This document shows, piece after piece, positions 32,424 to 43,218 of a stretch of DNA of 64,000 bases. Position 1 is the stretch's first letter, and each line of letters begins with the position of its first letter. The stretch spans positions 2,112,001 through 2,176,000 of the forward strand of contig CAXXKJ010000002.1 of NCBI GenBank assembly GCA_963675295.2, in the 5' to 3' direction. A program made the translations under genes and the position numbers. The stretch is from a bacterium (lineage in GTDB: Bacteria > Electryoneota > Electryoneia > Electryoneales > Electryoneaceae). Below the pieces are notes generated by a model that saw nothing but the letters and a program-made list of their open reading frames with translations, had not been told where the DNA came from and ran no database searches.

Positions 32424-35400
32424 ATGCTCGAAACGCTTTCCCAGCTCTCGGATCACCTCGCCGCCTGGGCCTCTCGCCCTGAAAACAGCGAACAGCGCAC
32501 ACCGCTGGCATCGGCCGTGCTCGACGCCGCGGCAGCGACCCTGGACGACGCGAACGACCTGCTCACCGAACAGCAACGGGACATCCTGATCCAGTTCCTC
32601 GAGGATACCAGCCGTCCGGACTACCTTGAGGCGCTGCCTGATGACGATGCCCGCCACCGGTGGTCGGACGTCGCACTGGAAGCGGTGGAGCGCAGCGGGT
32701 ACACGCTCGAAACGATGCTCAACGCGCGGGTGCGGGAAATCCCAAGTCAAACCTATTTCGAGGAATTGAAGCCTGGCGATTCGATCCGCTGGAGCTACGC
32801 TCAGGTACAGCGCCGGGTCCAGGCTATTGCGGCAGTGTTTCTGCGCGATTCGGGGGAGGATACACCGCGTGTCGCATTGCAGGTCGACAACTCGCTGGAC
32901 GGCGCCTGCTGCGACCTCGCCTGTTTGTTGCACGATATCCTGATCGCGCCGTTGAACGTCCACTTCGACGCCGAGGAGCTGGCGTGGATTATCGAGCGGC
33001 TCGATATCAATACGGTTGTCGTTGATCGCGAGGATCGGCTCCGGCGGATGCACGAAGTCCGCAAACTGACCGGGAAACAGTTCCGCATCTACGCGATCAA
33101 CCTCGACCGCGAACGTGTTGAGGGACGAGCGATCTCGCTCGCGGAATCGGTGGCGCGGCTATCCACGGATGATGTCCGCAAGCTGCTCGAGCATCGGCCG
33201 CGATTCGGGCTGCACGACATCTGCACCGTGATGTTCACCTCCGGCAGCACCGGCCGGCCGAAGGGCGTCGCGTTTACCCAGTTCAATCTGGTCAGCAAAC
33301 GGTTTGCGCGTCATGCGGCGTTGCCGTCAGTTGGACGTGAAGAAGTCCTGCTCTGCTACCTGCCATTGTTCCACACTTTCGGCCGCTACCTCGAGATGCT
33401 CGGCATGCTGTACTGGCGCGGGAAGTACATCTTCGTCGGGAATCCATCCACCGAGGCTCTGCTCGCCGCGATCAAACGCACACGTCCCACCGGCCTGATC
33501 AGCATCCCATTGCGATGGACGCAGATCCGCGAACGTTCCCTCAGCAAGATGGAACAGCTGACCACGTCCGACGCCAAGCTGGAAGCGTTCCAGGACATCA
33601 CCGGCGGCCGTCTGCGCTGGGGTTTGTCGGCCGCGGGATACTTGGAACCGAAAGCGTTCCGTTTCTTCCAGACCTACGGCGTCGACCTCTGTTCCGGCTT
33701 CGGTATGACTGAGGCAACTGGCGGCATCACCATGAGCCCGCCGGGAGATTACCAGGACAACACGGTCGGCAAGCCATTGCCCGCGATGAAAATCAAGCTG
33801 GCGAAGTCGGGTGAGATGCTGATCGGCGGCGCATACGTCGCACGCTACCTGAAAGAAGACGGGGAAGGGCTCGAAGTCGAACCGGGCCAGGTCGAGGATG
33901 ATGGCGTCGAATACCTGCCCACCGGCGACATCTTCAAGCGGCTCAAGCACGGCCACCTGAGCATCGTTGACCGCATCAAGGACATTTACAAGAACAACCG
34001 CGGGCAGACTGTCGCCCCGCAACGTGTCGAGCGCAAATTCGCCACCGTGCCCGGCATCAAGCGCACCTTTCTCGTCGGCGATCACCGCTCGTACAACGTG
34101 CTGCTGATTGTACCGGATCTTGATGATCCAGTGCTCACGGACGCGCCCGACGAAGAGAGCCGCCGCGACTATTTCCGGCAGATCGTCACCGCCGCGAACC
34201 AGGATCTCGCACCCTACGAACGCGTCGTCAATTACACGCTGCTCGACCGCAATTTCGACGCGGATCACGGTGAACTGACCCCCAAGGGGACGTACAAGCG
34301 CAAGGCGATCGAGAAGAATTTCGAGGACGTGATCGCCAGCCTCTACGAGAGCAGCCACGTCGACCTCGAGGCGGCGGGGGTCAAGGTTCGCATCCCGCGT
34401 TGGATCTTCCGTGACCTCGGCATCCTCGAAAGTGACATCGCGGCGAAGGTCAGCCGCGAGGCGGAGTGCGATCAGGGCTGCCTGATGCTGGTGGACAACG
34501 TCCATCGCCGCTCGCTGCTTATTCGTCAGGACGAGCAGCCCGACTTTATCATCATCGGCGACCTCTCGTACAACATCCGCGACGGCGTACTCGACCTCGG
34601 CCTGTTCGCACGCCAACCCCGTCTCTGGATGGCGAACCCGGCGCTGATGCGTTTCGCACCCTGCCGCGAGGGCTGGGACGTTCCGTTTCACAAGCAAGTC
34701 GCGCCGCACGCGATGCTGCCGAAGAACGAGGACTACCGCAGCGTCGAACTGGTGCAGCCGGTGGAACCCCCACACCTCAGCGACACGCAGTTGCAGGAGT
34801 TGAATCTCGACCTGCAGGTGGCGCTGTTCGGTACCGTCGAACACGCGCTCGAAACGCTGGAGAAGTTGCGCGAGTCGTTGATTTCCTACGATGACCGTCT
34901 CGGCGGTGTCGCCCGGCTGCGCCTGACCGCGCTGGCGACGCATCCGGACGAACAGGTCCGTTGCACTGCCTACCGCATCCTGTTGCTGGACGAGCCGATG
35001 CTCGATTACAGCGTCTCGTTCCCGGCGTTCGTACAATCCGGACTGTCGTTCCTCAACGAAGAGTCGATCAAGTACATTTCGCGCGAAGGCTTCGGCAAAC
35101 GGCGGCTGGCGGCCCTGCGGCAACGTTTGTACGCCTACCGGCTGCACCTTAAGTGGCCGGCCGACCCGATGGTGCAGCGGCAGTTCAAGAACGTGTTCCG
35201 CCTGTTGGTCAACTTCGTCCGCTTCAACCCGGAGTACTACAAGACGGTCCGCGCGGAGCTGGCGAGCTGGTTGTTGCACCGTGTCGACCCGCAGATTGCC
35301 CGTTTCGCCGAGATGATGCTCGACCACATGGTTTCCTGGTTCGAGGGCCGGTTGGTCGAAAACGCGGCCTCGGTCCCGGAAACGCTGCTCGAGGAAATGC

Positions 35401-37136
35401 TCGTCTACGACGAGGACATGGACGCCCTCAGCCGTGACAACATCCAGGACCTGCTACTCTACACCACCTTCCTCAAGCAGTCGGTAATGCTCACCTTCCA
35501 CGAGGAAGATTTCGACATCGACCAGGTTCCGGCGGGGGGGATCTGGGTCTCGCGTGTGCAGGCGAGCGGCACCTTCAGCTTCTACCGGGTCAGCGTCAAC
35601 ACCATCGCCGGCAAGCATTTCGACTTGCTGCTGATCCAGCGGCAGGACATGAACGCCCGCGCGGTGATGGACACCAACCACTGGATGATCGCCATCGGCG
35701 GGCACCCGTACGGCCAGCGCGTCCTGCCACGCTTCGGCTGCATCCGCCCCGAACTGGCGACCATGTCGCTGGAGTACGTTAACGAGCTGACGGCATGGGA
35801 GAAAATCCGCGAATTTGCCGGCAGCGCCTACCCGAACAACCCGGCGATTCATGACGCCGACTGGCGACGGCTGTACGTCACCGCCATGGCAACCTTCTTC
35901 CGCGCGTGGAAATATTCCGGCAAACGCATCATCCCCGGCGTGCTCGCGCCAACCAATGTCGTCGTGCCGGAACTCGACTTCCGTGAGGAGGCATTGATCC
36001 TGTCGTTGAGCGGTTGGGACGATTACACCACTCCGCGCTCCCTGATCCGTCCGCTGTGGGCGAATTTCTTCCGCAAAACGTTGGCGCTTTACCCGATGTC
36101 GGCAAAAGTGCTAGACGACGAGTGGCTCTTCGATGCCGCCATCGAAGGGCTGGGCGCGACAGAGGGCGAGGCGTTCCTGCGTGAGTTCGCCGCCGAGCTG
36201 GACGCCCGCGAGGTACACTCGTTCCCCGTCAGTTTCGTGCAGGCGTTGGACGACTACATCGACGCGCTCAACAAGCAGTGGTATGTGCCGCAGCCGTTGC
36301 GCAATGCGATCCACCGCTACCACACGTGGGAACAGCTCAACCCGAACGTCACCGCGCAGGCCCGTGCCGAGCTGCTCGAGGGCCTGATCGGGATGTACCA
36401 CCTCGCGCGCGCCGGAGAATTGGCACGCTATCACCTCTACCGCTACACCTACTTCGAACACGCCAACGAGACGGTCAAAGAAGCGTACGATCTGCTGTTA
36501 CAGCAGTTGTGGGCCGAACCGGAATTGCACGCCACCCAGCGTGTTGAGCTGTCCGAGCTGCAGGCGGTGCTGGAAACGCAGGAGGACCGCGAGGTTTTCA
36601 GCCGGCTCGTCTTCCCGCGCGCGCACCGCTCGGTGAACGTCGAGGTGATGACCTACGGCGAAAAGGGCCGCCGGCAGGTGGTCGTGCGCACTGATCTCGA
36701 GGACAACCACGGGGAACACTACGACATCCGCGAGCCGATCGAACCGGAGGAGGTCGGGTCGCTGTACCGCCTGTTCTACCAGGAACGCTTCCCGAAATCA
36801 GTCAGCGAACAGGACCGGCACATCGTCGTCACCGACCAAACCGGCCGCGTCATCGCCGGGCTGACATTCAAGGATCAGGAGAAGGACGTGGTCCACATGG
36901 ACGGCCTCGTCACCTCCGGCCCGTTGATGGGGCGGGGGATCGCTACCGCACTGCTCGAGGATTTTGTCACCCGCATGGCCAGCCGTGGTGTCAAAGTGCT
37001 CAAAACCGACTTCCTGATGCGCGATTTCTGCGAACGGCGCGGCTTCACCATCAACAAGAACTGGGGCGGCCTGGTCCGCTTCATCTCCCAGGAAGAACCC
37101 GAGCTCGATCGCGGCGACATCCCACGGGATGACTGA
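32424..37136 (+). CDS. 1570-aa multidomain protein: acyl-CoA synthetase-like adenylation domain, helical region, kinase-like fold, C-terminal GNAT
   Basis: MFTSGSTGRPKG, YLPLFH, GFGMTEATG, TGD, DRIKD, LTPKGTYKR; C-terminal VTSGPLMGRGIATALL..FCERRGF. Confidence 0.85.
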   Translation: MLETLSQLSDHLAAWASRPENSEQRTPLASAVLDAAAATLDDANDLLTEQQRDILIQFLEDTSRPDYLEALPDDDARHRWSDVALEAVERSGYTLETMLNARVREIPSQTYFEELKPGDSIRWSYAQVQRRVQAIAAVFLRDSGEDTPRVALQVDNSLDGACCDLACLLHDILIAPLNVHFDAEELAWIIERLDINTVVVDREDRLRRMHEVRKLTGKQFRIYAINLDRERVEGRAISLAESVARLSTDDVRKLLEHRPRFGLHDICTVMFTSGSTGRPKGVAFTQFNLVSKRFARHAALPSVGREEVLLCYLPLFHTFGRYLEMLGMLYWRGKYIFVGNPSTEALLAAIKRTRPTGLISIPLRWTQIRERSLSKMEQLTTSDAKLEAFQDITGGRLRWGLSAAGYLEPKAFRFFQTYGVDLCSGFGMTEATGGITMSPPGDYQDNTVGKPLPAMKIKLAKSGEMLIGGAYVARYLKEDGEGLEVEPGQVEDDGVEYLPTGDIFKRLKHGHLSIVDRIKDIYKNNRGQTVAPQRVERKFATVPGIKRTFLVGDHRSYNVLLIVPDLDDPVLTDAPDEESRRDYFRQIVTAANQDLAPYERVVNYTLLDRNFDADHGELTPKGTYKRKAIEKNFEDVIASLYESSHVDLEAAGVKVRIPRWIFRDLGILESDIAAKVSREAECDQGCLMLVDNVHRRSLLIRQDEQPDFIIIGDLSYNIRDGVLDLGLFARQPRLWMANPALMRFAPCREGWDVPFHKQVAPHAMLPKNEDYRSVELVQPVEPPHLSDTQLQELNLDLQVALFGTVEHALETLEKLRESLISYDDRLGGVARLRLTALATHPDEQVRCTAYRILLLDEPMLDYSVSFPAFVQSGLSFLNEESIKYISREGFGKRRLAALRQRLYAYRLHLKWPADPMVQRQFKNVFRLLVNFVRFNPEYYKTVRAELASWLLHRVDPQIARFAEMMLDHMVSWFEGRLVENAASVPETLLEEMLVYDEDMDALSRDNIQDLLLYTTFLKQSVMLTFHEEDFDIDQVPAGGIWVSRVQASGTFSFYRVSVNTIAGKHFDLLLIQRQDMNARAVMDTNHWMIAIGGHPYGQRVLPRFGCIRPELATMSLEYVNELTAWEKIREFAGSAYPNNPAIHDADWRRLYVTAMATFFRAWKYSGKRIIPGVLAPTNVVVPELDFREEALILSLSGWDDYTTPRSLIRPLWANFFRKTLALYPMSAKVLDDEWLFDAAIEGLGATEGEAFLREFAAELDAREVHSFPVSFVQALDDYIDALNKQWYVPQPLRNAIHRYHTWEQLNPNVTAQARAELLEGLIGMYHLARAGELARYHLYRYTYFEHANETVKEAYDLLLQQLWAEPELHATQRVELSELQAVLETQEDREVFSRLVFPRAHRSVNVEVMTYGEKGRRQVVVRTDLEDNHGEHYDIREPIEPEEVGSLYRLFYQERFPKSVSEQDRHIVVTDQTGRVIAGLTFKDQEKDVVHMDGLVTSGPLMGRGIATALLEDFVTRMASRGVKVLKTDFLMRDFCERRGFTINKNWGGLVRFISQEEPELDRGDIPRDD

Positions 37137-37245
37137 GGGTGTCATCCTTATACCATCATCCTGCTGAACGAAGTGAAGGATCTCGTCGTTATCAGCCAAA
37201 TCAGCCAGGCAATCCCCATTGCCGGGTCTCCAGTTACCACGGACT

Positions 37246-38817
37246 TCAGTCCGTAGTTTTCAGCTCCGGCGCAATTTCGACCAACTGAGGCCCATCGAAC
37301 GGTGCGGCGACAACCCCGCGCGTGCGCGGCGGATCGAGATCGACTTCCGTGCCGCCGGTGACGGTGAGCGGGAAATACGCTTGGATGGTGTGTTGTGGGT
37401 TGTCAGGATCGTAGGTTCCGGCGCGGACGATATAGTTGTACTCACCGGATGCTGCGTCCGCCGGGACATTCTGCCGCAAGTCAGCTTCGTAGACGCCGTT
37501 CGCGGGGACGATGATATCTTCCCATACACGCAACGGTTCGGAGGGGTAGCCGTCCGGCCCGCGCACGATCACCCAGACGTCGGTGGTGAGGTCAGTATTC
37601 GTGTTATTGGTCATCACTCCGCGCCAGAAAAAACGACCAGGGGCTGGAATCGCACTCAGGTTACAGGTTCTGTCGATAGCAATCTCTAAATCCGTGTGCC
37701 AAGCAGCAAATTTAATAGCATAAAGATCGTCTTCAAAGGTGAAATCTGGCCGCATGTAAGTATATTTCCCATAAAGAATGGTCTCTCCATCTGGTGTGAC
37801 AAGTAGGATAGGATCTTCGACACTTGTTATTGCTGGCTCAAACTCTACTGTGTAGGTCCAATCCACAATGGGGGTTCCCATGGCATTAAAACGCTGCATC
37901 AAAATTTGATCATTAGTATCGAAATCTGGTATAGATGCAATATATCCACCATCAGGCAGGGGTTGCATCCTCTGCCGCGAATCACCCCAGTATCCATGTA
38001 CATCACCGTCTGGAGATAGCAGGAGTGCTGCGTATGTTAAGTCAGGTTCAATTGCAAAATCGCCATTAAGTAATAGGTTGCCGTCACAAAGTATATTGAT
38101 TGATTCAGCAAAATGAAGGGAATTGTTATTAGTACTTTCATAGCTCGTTGTATCAATAATATTTCCTGTTTGTGATGTTTTAACAAGATATACTTTATTA
38201 TTCATTCCCGTGTTTGAATAATTTATTGGCACATATATAATTCCAGCGATATTAGCAGCAATGTCATATGATGTTTCAGTACCATCCCAGTCAAAATGTC
38301 TACTCCAAACAATTTGGCATAAACTATCAAAATAATTAACATAGACTGATGCCTCTTGATTATTGATATAAACAGTACTGTTTATGTAACCACTGTAACG
38401 ATATTTGTGTGTATTATATGAAAAACCAAGGTATATATTAGACTGTCTTACGATATTATCTGGTTCAGAGTAAATAGAAAATGATGATTCTAAATAATTA
38501 CAATTACTGTCAAGTAAAAAATAGCCGGGATATAATAGTTCTAAGTTTAAAGCGTCTGTCGCATTTGATATTCCTTCAATCCATAAGATATCCCCGTCAT
38601 TTGTATACCTTGCACATTTAGCAATTTGATCAGAAGTTAGTGCTGTAAACAGTAGATCAGCATTGCTACAATATTCTAGATCTCCTCTAATATCGAACGA
38701 AGAGTCGCCAATTTGTATCTCCATGATAAGCTGGGGTTGGCTTTGTGAAGTTGATATGTAAGATACAATTGAAATAAAGCCGAGCAGTGTATAAACTATT
38801 TTGCCTTTACAGCTCAT
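37246..38817 (-). CDS. Secreted beta-rich protein with C-terminal Ig-like domain (paralog of 47592-49097)
   Basis: Signal peptide; AT-rich N-terminal three quarters, GC-rich C-terminal part very similar to the paralog (TDVWVIVRGP.GYPSE.LRVWEDI.VPANG). Confidence 0.8.
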   Translation of the reverse strand: MSCKGKIVYTLLGFISIVSYISTSQSQPQLIMEIQIGDSSFDIRGDLEYCSNADLLFTALTSDQIAKCARYTNDGDILWIEGISNATDALNLELLYPGYFLLDSNCNYLESSFSIYSEPDNIVRQSNIYLGFSYNTHKYRYSGYINSTVYINNQEASVYVNYFDSLCQIVWSRHFDWDGTETSYDIAANIAGIIYVPINYSNTGMNNKVYLVKTSQTGNIIDTTSYESTNNNSLHFAESINILCDGNLLLNGDFAIEPDLTYAALLLSPDGDVHGYWGDSRQRMQPLPDGGYIASIPDFDTNDQILMQRFNAMGTPIVDWTYTVEFEPAITSVEDPILLVTPDGETILYGKYTYMRPDFTFEDDLYAIKFAAWHTDLEIAIDRTCNLSAIPAPGRFFWRGVMTNNTNTDLTTDVWVIVRGPDGYPSEPLRVWEDIIVPANGVYEADLRQNVPADAASGEYNYIVRAGTYDPDNPQHTIQAYFPLTVTGGTEVDLDPPRTRGVVAAPFDGPQLVEIAPELKTTD

Positions 38818-38961
38818 GTTGCCTCCAAGTTGTACTCCGTTTAGGAGTGTCTAATTTCTCTTATTCCAAAGTTAGGCTTGACTGTAGAAAAAAAAAAGTA
38901 GGATCTTACTCAAAGAGCAACAATTGAGAGCATTTCAAATCCAACACAATGGAGATGGAGC

Positions 38962-39393
38962 ATGGCTTTACAGACCGTTTTGACGGACTACACAAACTAC
39001 TCTCTATGGGTTTCGGGAGAGTATACAGGTATTCGCGATTTCAGCGTAACCCCCACAAATTATGCCGGTTTTGCCTCAGCAATTTTGAAGATAAATACAA
39101 TTGCAAGTGTAAAGAGCATTGGTATGGAATGGAAGCCCGCGGGCACCGGCCTATATTTAAGACGTCTTCCTGTTTTCATTGATCTCGAAGCCGGGCGTTC
39201 GGATGGCAGTAATGACGGTGAGTTGCCGAGCTACGCACTGTTTCAAAATCAACCGATGGCCAGACTGGCTGAAGGCAATGTTCACTACCTGTATTTTGTA
39301 CATCCAGAAACACCGGCTGCAGTGCCATTGATCCGGGATGAGGCAAATCATCATAATAAACTAGGGACAGACGGTAGATTTTTTGTGAAATAA
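38962..39393 (+). CDS. Hypothetical protein, C-terminally truncated paralog of 45574-46071
   Basis: Shared RLPVFIDL, ELP.Y, YLYFVHPETPAAVPL.RDE.NHH; diverges after NHH. Confidence 0.6.
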   Translation: MALQTVLTDYTNYSLWVSGEYTGIRDFSVTPTNYAGFASAILKINTIASVKSIGMEWKPAGTGLYLRRLPVFIDLEAGRSDGSNDGELPSYALFQNQPMARLAEGNVHYLYFVHPETPAAVPLIRDEANHHNKLGTDGRFFVK

Positions 39394-39425
39394 AGAACGG
39401 AAAAACCACCATCTATCCCCGATTT

Positions 39426-39770
39426 ATGCTGCCGCAACCCTCTATCCTGCCGGACCCCTTGCCCAGCCTGCAGAAATTGAAGGGAGCTTTGCGCCGCTGG
39501 TTCCTCGAAGAATCGGTCGCGCGATTGTGGGATTACCCAACGACTACGAGCACGGGCGGACCCTGGCCGCTGCAGGTGCATCATGGAACAGCGGACACGA
39601 CGGTATCCGTGCTCAACAGCCGGTGGCTCGCTGAACAGATGCGACGGCATGAAGTCCCATTCGATGCAGATCACTTCCAGTACTTCGAAACACCATTCGT
39701 GGGACATGAACGAAATAAACTGAACTCGAGAGCTGCGATGGCAACGATTCTTGAAAACAACCTCGGCTAG
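39426..39770 (+). pseudogene. C-terminal fragment of alpha/beta hydrolase (paralog of 46068-47417)
   Basis: LRRWFLE.SVA, P.Q.HHG..D.TV...NSRW, FETP...H, AMAT.L.N.LG; N-terminal part with nucleophile missing. Confidence 0.7.
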
Positions 39771-39796
39771 CGGGCCTGCAGCGATTTGGGTAACAA

Positions 39797-39824
39797 GAAA
39801 ACGGGGAGCTCGAGGCTCCCCGTT
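39797..39824 (-). terminator. Hairpin terminator (repeated at 43061-43089)
   Basis: AAAACGGGGAGC-TCGA-GGCTCCCCGTT. Confidence 0.75.
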
Positions 39825-40009
39825 GCTCTATCTGCACAACTGGGCGATCATCAATTCCCACGGACTTAAGTCCGTGGTAAGAAACCTGGATGAGCGGCAA
39901 CCATCAATCGGCCACCGGTAACCATGTACCGATCACCGATCACCGATTACCGATTACCGGCAACCGATTGTCGTTTACCGACTACCGACCACCAATTACC
40001 GTCTACCGC

Positions 40010-42643
40010 TTACCTCACCAGCATCACTTTCTGCGTGTGATCGAGCTGGCCCGGCACCGTTGCGCGGACGAAATACAGCCCGCTCGCCAGCGAGGACGCG
40101 TCAAAGCTCAACGCGTGCGTCCCGGCGGCGATGCTGCCGTTGTGCAGCGTCGCGACCTGCTGTCCGGCGACATTATACACCGCGACGGTCAGCTCCGCCG
40201 TTTCCGGTAGAGTGATAGTCACTGTCGCTGTGGGATTGAATGGATTGGGGTAGACCGGTAGCATGGACCAGGTTCTGGGCAACGATTCGGTCACAGATCG
40301 GTGCATCGTGTTGCGTTGGCAGGTTGAGGACCAATCCGCGATCTCAGCTGAACCGGTACCGGTCTCGCTCTTGCTGAACGGAAGCGGTTCCACGATCTGC
40401 GGATGCAGGAACTGGGATTTGCCGAGGAACGCGTACAAGATGTAGTTGCCCGGTGGTGCGAAGTCTGGGACAAATTGTTCGACCTCATAGATCGAGATTT
40501 CGTTCGGACGCAACGTGAACCGGTCTTCAAATTGAATCGGCCGGTAGAGCCAGCTTTCCTCGTATTTCACCTTTGTGAACAGAAAAGCCGGATCAACGAT
40601 GAAGTCCAGATGGCTTTGCGCGTGGATTTCGTAGCTGAAGCTCCCTCCTGATGCCGGGATCTCCGTGGAGGAGGTGGGGACGAGTGTCAGCTCAACATCG
40701 TTTGGATCGCTGATGGCTTCGTTGCAATCCACAACGCTAAGCATGGGTTTGGTTGGGATTTCGTTGTAATTGTCGAGGGCATAGGCGTACCCGTTTTCAA
40801 CAGCGATCGAAAGGACACCTGATTCGGTGTCTGAATAGCCGACCTCATGGATCACGAATGGATCGCGTATGTCGAGGATGCGGACTTCACTCGCCCATTC
40901 GGTGTCGCTGTATTGATATCCGATGCCGACATAGGCGAAGCCGTTCTCGATGACCACGGAGGACGCCGAAGCTTCGAAATCATAGTATGCAGCAACGGTT
41001 GGGTTGTCTGCATCGCGAACGTCAAGAACCCGGATGCCGGAATAATCACCGTATTGATTGTGGTGAGTGACGTACACGAAACCATTCGCGTAAGCCAGGT
41101 CTGTCGGTTCCCACCAGCTGTCAATGGTGGCAACGAGTTCAGGCAGCATGGGATCGCTGGCGTCAATGATGTGTACACCATGATATCGTGTACTCAGGTA
41201 GACCATTCCGTCTGCAGCGGCTATGCCGTTAGTCTCTCCTTCGAGATCGAATTCTGTCAACAGGCTTGGCGTTGTCGGGTCGGACAAGTCATAGATCAGC
41301 AAGCCATCGTGGTTGCCCATATACAGGTAGCCGTCATCGACGGTCAATCGGTAGCCACGTCCGCCCGTTAGACTTAGTTGAACAGGTTCGACGGGATTGG
41401 ATACATCCAGAACATACAGGATTGAATGCGTCGCGCTGACATAAGCCAGGTCGCCAACCACCTTTACGTCATACCCATCTGCAGGTGACAGGTCGAAGTG
41501 GCCAACTTCATGAGGGGAGGTTGGATCACTGACATCCACGATACGCATGTTGCCGTATGCTGGAGATTGATCGAGAACGTAGAGGTAGCCAGCTTCAACG
41601 TCCGCCGCTGCGACGTTTGGTGGGTCGATGACGGAGCGGAAGAATGCGTTTGCCGGATCATGGACATCCAGAATGCGGTAGCCAGCGGGTTTTCGGCCAG
41701 ATTGGTCACCTACTAACACATGAGCGAACCCATCTTGCACAACGCAGTTCTGCACACTCCAGTCTTCACCAAGGTCAAACAGTTCGATGATGTTGGTGAG
41801 GGATGATATATCCAGGATATGAAACGAATCGTACTCATAGTAGGCATACAACAGCTCACCGACGAGCTGAATGTCCGTGTACGAATGGCCCGAATTGTAG
41901 GGTCGAATAAGACTTGGATTCAGCGGATCACTGATGTTGATGAATCGGAGGCCGTCTGAACCTACTGCGAGAACCGCATAGTCGCCGATGATTTCGATGT
42001 CGTGAACACGCCAGCCCGGGTTGTAATGGTTGATGATGACAGGGTTGGTGGGGTCGGACGAATCCAGAAATACGATTCCGGTTTCATCATCCGCCAGCCC
42101 CACGCAAACCGTTGTGCCCGTCACCGACATGCAATGCGCATCTTCAAATAATGAATTTGAGTAAAACAGTGTTTCAGGGTTAGCCCTGTCGCTAACATCG
42201 ACAATGATTAAACGAGTGCGGGTGGTCATGTAGAGAAGGTCGCCCACGAGTTGCAGACCTTCTGTGCCACCGTGCTGCGAGCGGCTTACATCCACAGGCG
42301 CTTCAGGATCGCTTACATCTACGATGACCAGATCATTACCGACGATCCAATACGCATAGTCCCCTTCCACGATGAGGTTGTCCGTACGGGAGAAGGGTAT
42401 GGATAGATCAAAATATCCGACGACGACCGGATTGTCCGGGTCGGAAATGTCAACGACAGCCAGCATGCCATAGAGGCCGATGTAAGCGTAATCACCTTGG
42501 ATATCCAGACTTTCATCATGGAACATGGCCTGGTACAGAGTTCCTGTAACTTCTGCGTTGAAGCCGCTTTGAGCAAATGCGGGTAACATGGTTAGAAACA
42601 GGACGATAAGGAACACGGGCAGCGTAAGTCTGGCAATATTCAT
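40010..42643 (-). CDS. Secreted LVIVD-repeat (beta-propeller) protein with Ig-like domain and T9SS-type CTD
   Basis: Signal peptide; repeated YAY....L.IVDVSDP..P..VG; YPNPFNP...ASGLYFVR...QKVMLVR. Confidence 0.9.
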   Translation of the reverse strand: MNIARLTLPVFLIVLFLTMLPAFAQSGFNAEVTGTLYQAMFHDESLDIQGDYAYIGLYGMLAVVDISDPDNPVVVGYFDLSIPFSRTDNLIVEGDYAYWIVGNDLVIVDVSDPEAPVDVSRSQHGGTEGLQLVGDLLYMTTRTRLIIVDVSDRANPETLFYSNSLFEDAHCMSVTGTTVCVGLADDETGIVFLDSSDPTNPVIINHYNPGWRVHDIEIIGDYAVLAVGSDGLRFINISDPLNPSLIRPYNSGHSYTDIQLVGELLYAYYEYDSFHILDISSLTNIIELFDLGEDWSVQNCVVQDGFAHVLVGDQSGRKPAGYRILDVHDPANAFFRSVIDPPNVAAADVEAGYLYVLDQSPAYGNMRIVDVSDPTSPHEVGHFDLSPADGYDVKVVGDLAYVSATHSILYVLDVSNPVEPVQLSLTGGRGYRLTVDDGYLYMGNHDGLLIYDLSDPTTPSLLTEFDLEGETNGIAAADGMVYLSTRYHGVHIIDASDPMLPELVATIDSWWEPTDLAYANGFVYVTHHNQYGDYSGIRVLDVRDADNPTVAAYYDFEASASSVVIENGFAYVGIGYQYSDTEWASEVRILDIRDPFVIHEVGYSDTESGVLSIAVENGYAYALDNYNEIPTKPMLSVVDCNEAISDPNDVELTLVPTSSTEIPASGGSFSYEIHAQSHLDFIVDPAFLFTKVKYEESWLYRPIQFEDRFTLRPNEISIYEVEQFVPDFAPPGNYILYAFLGKSQFLHPQIVEPLPFSKSETGTGSAEIADWSSTCQRNTMHRSVTESLPRTWSMLPVYPNPFNPTATVTITLPETAELTVAVYNVAGQQVATLHNGSIAAGTHALSFDASSLASGLYFVRATVPGQLDHTQKVMLVR

Positions 42644-43218
42644 GAGAATTCCCCCTTGGTCGTTGATAATGCAATTCAGAATAACACCTCAAGATCCAGA
42701 AATAATTAAGCATATGCAATGGTATAGACGATGTATTCTGTCTTTATTGAATCACGTGACTCCGGGGATACCCGTAACATGACAGCTCAGATTCACCCAG
42801 CCTGTTTGGCAGAATGCATGAAAAACCGATCAGCAGCAGCGTGAGCAGAACCTGGCTGGGTTCTTGTGAAGGATCCATCAAAAGAACACCTTCCGCGCGT
42901 CTTGTCCAAGTGACCGACAGCTTTGGATAAAATTAATCCTCCAGCGTCAACTGGCCGATTATCGCATGCAGATCCCACAACTCACCCTCACGGATGTCCG
43001 TGCGCACCTTGCCACGTCAAGTCGGGTTTTGCGGTGTTCAATGTAGAAGTTCAGAACCAGAAAAACGGGGAGCTCGAAGCTCCCCGTTTCTGTATCTGCA
43101 CATCTGCGCAGGTCATTCCTTACCACGGACTTAAATCCGTGGTAAGAAACATGGATGAGCGGCAATCACCAACCGGCAACCGATTGTCGTTTACCGACCA
43201 CCGAATACCGTCTACCGC

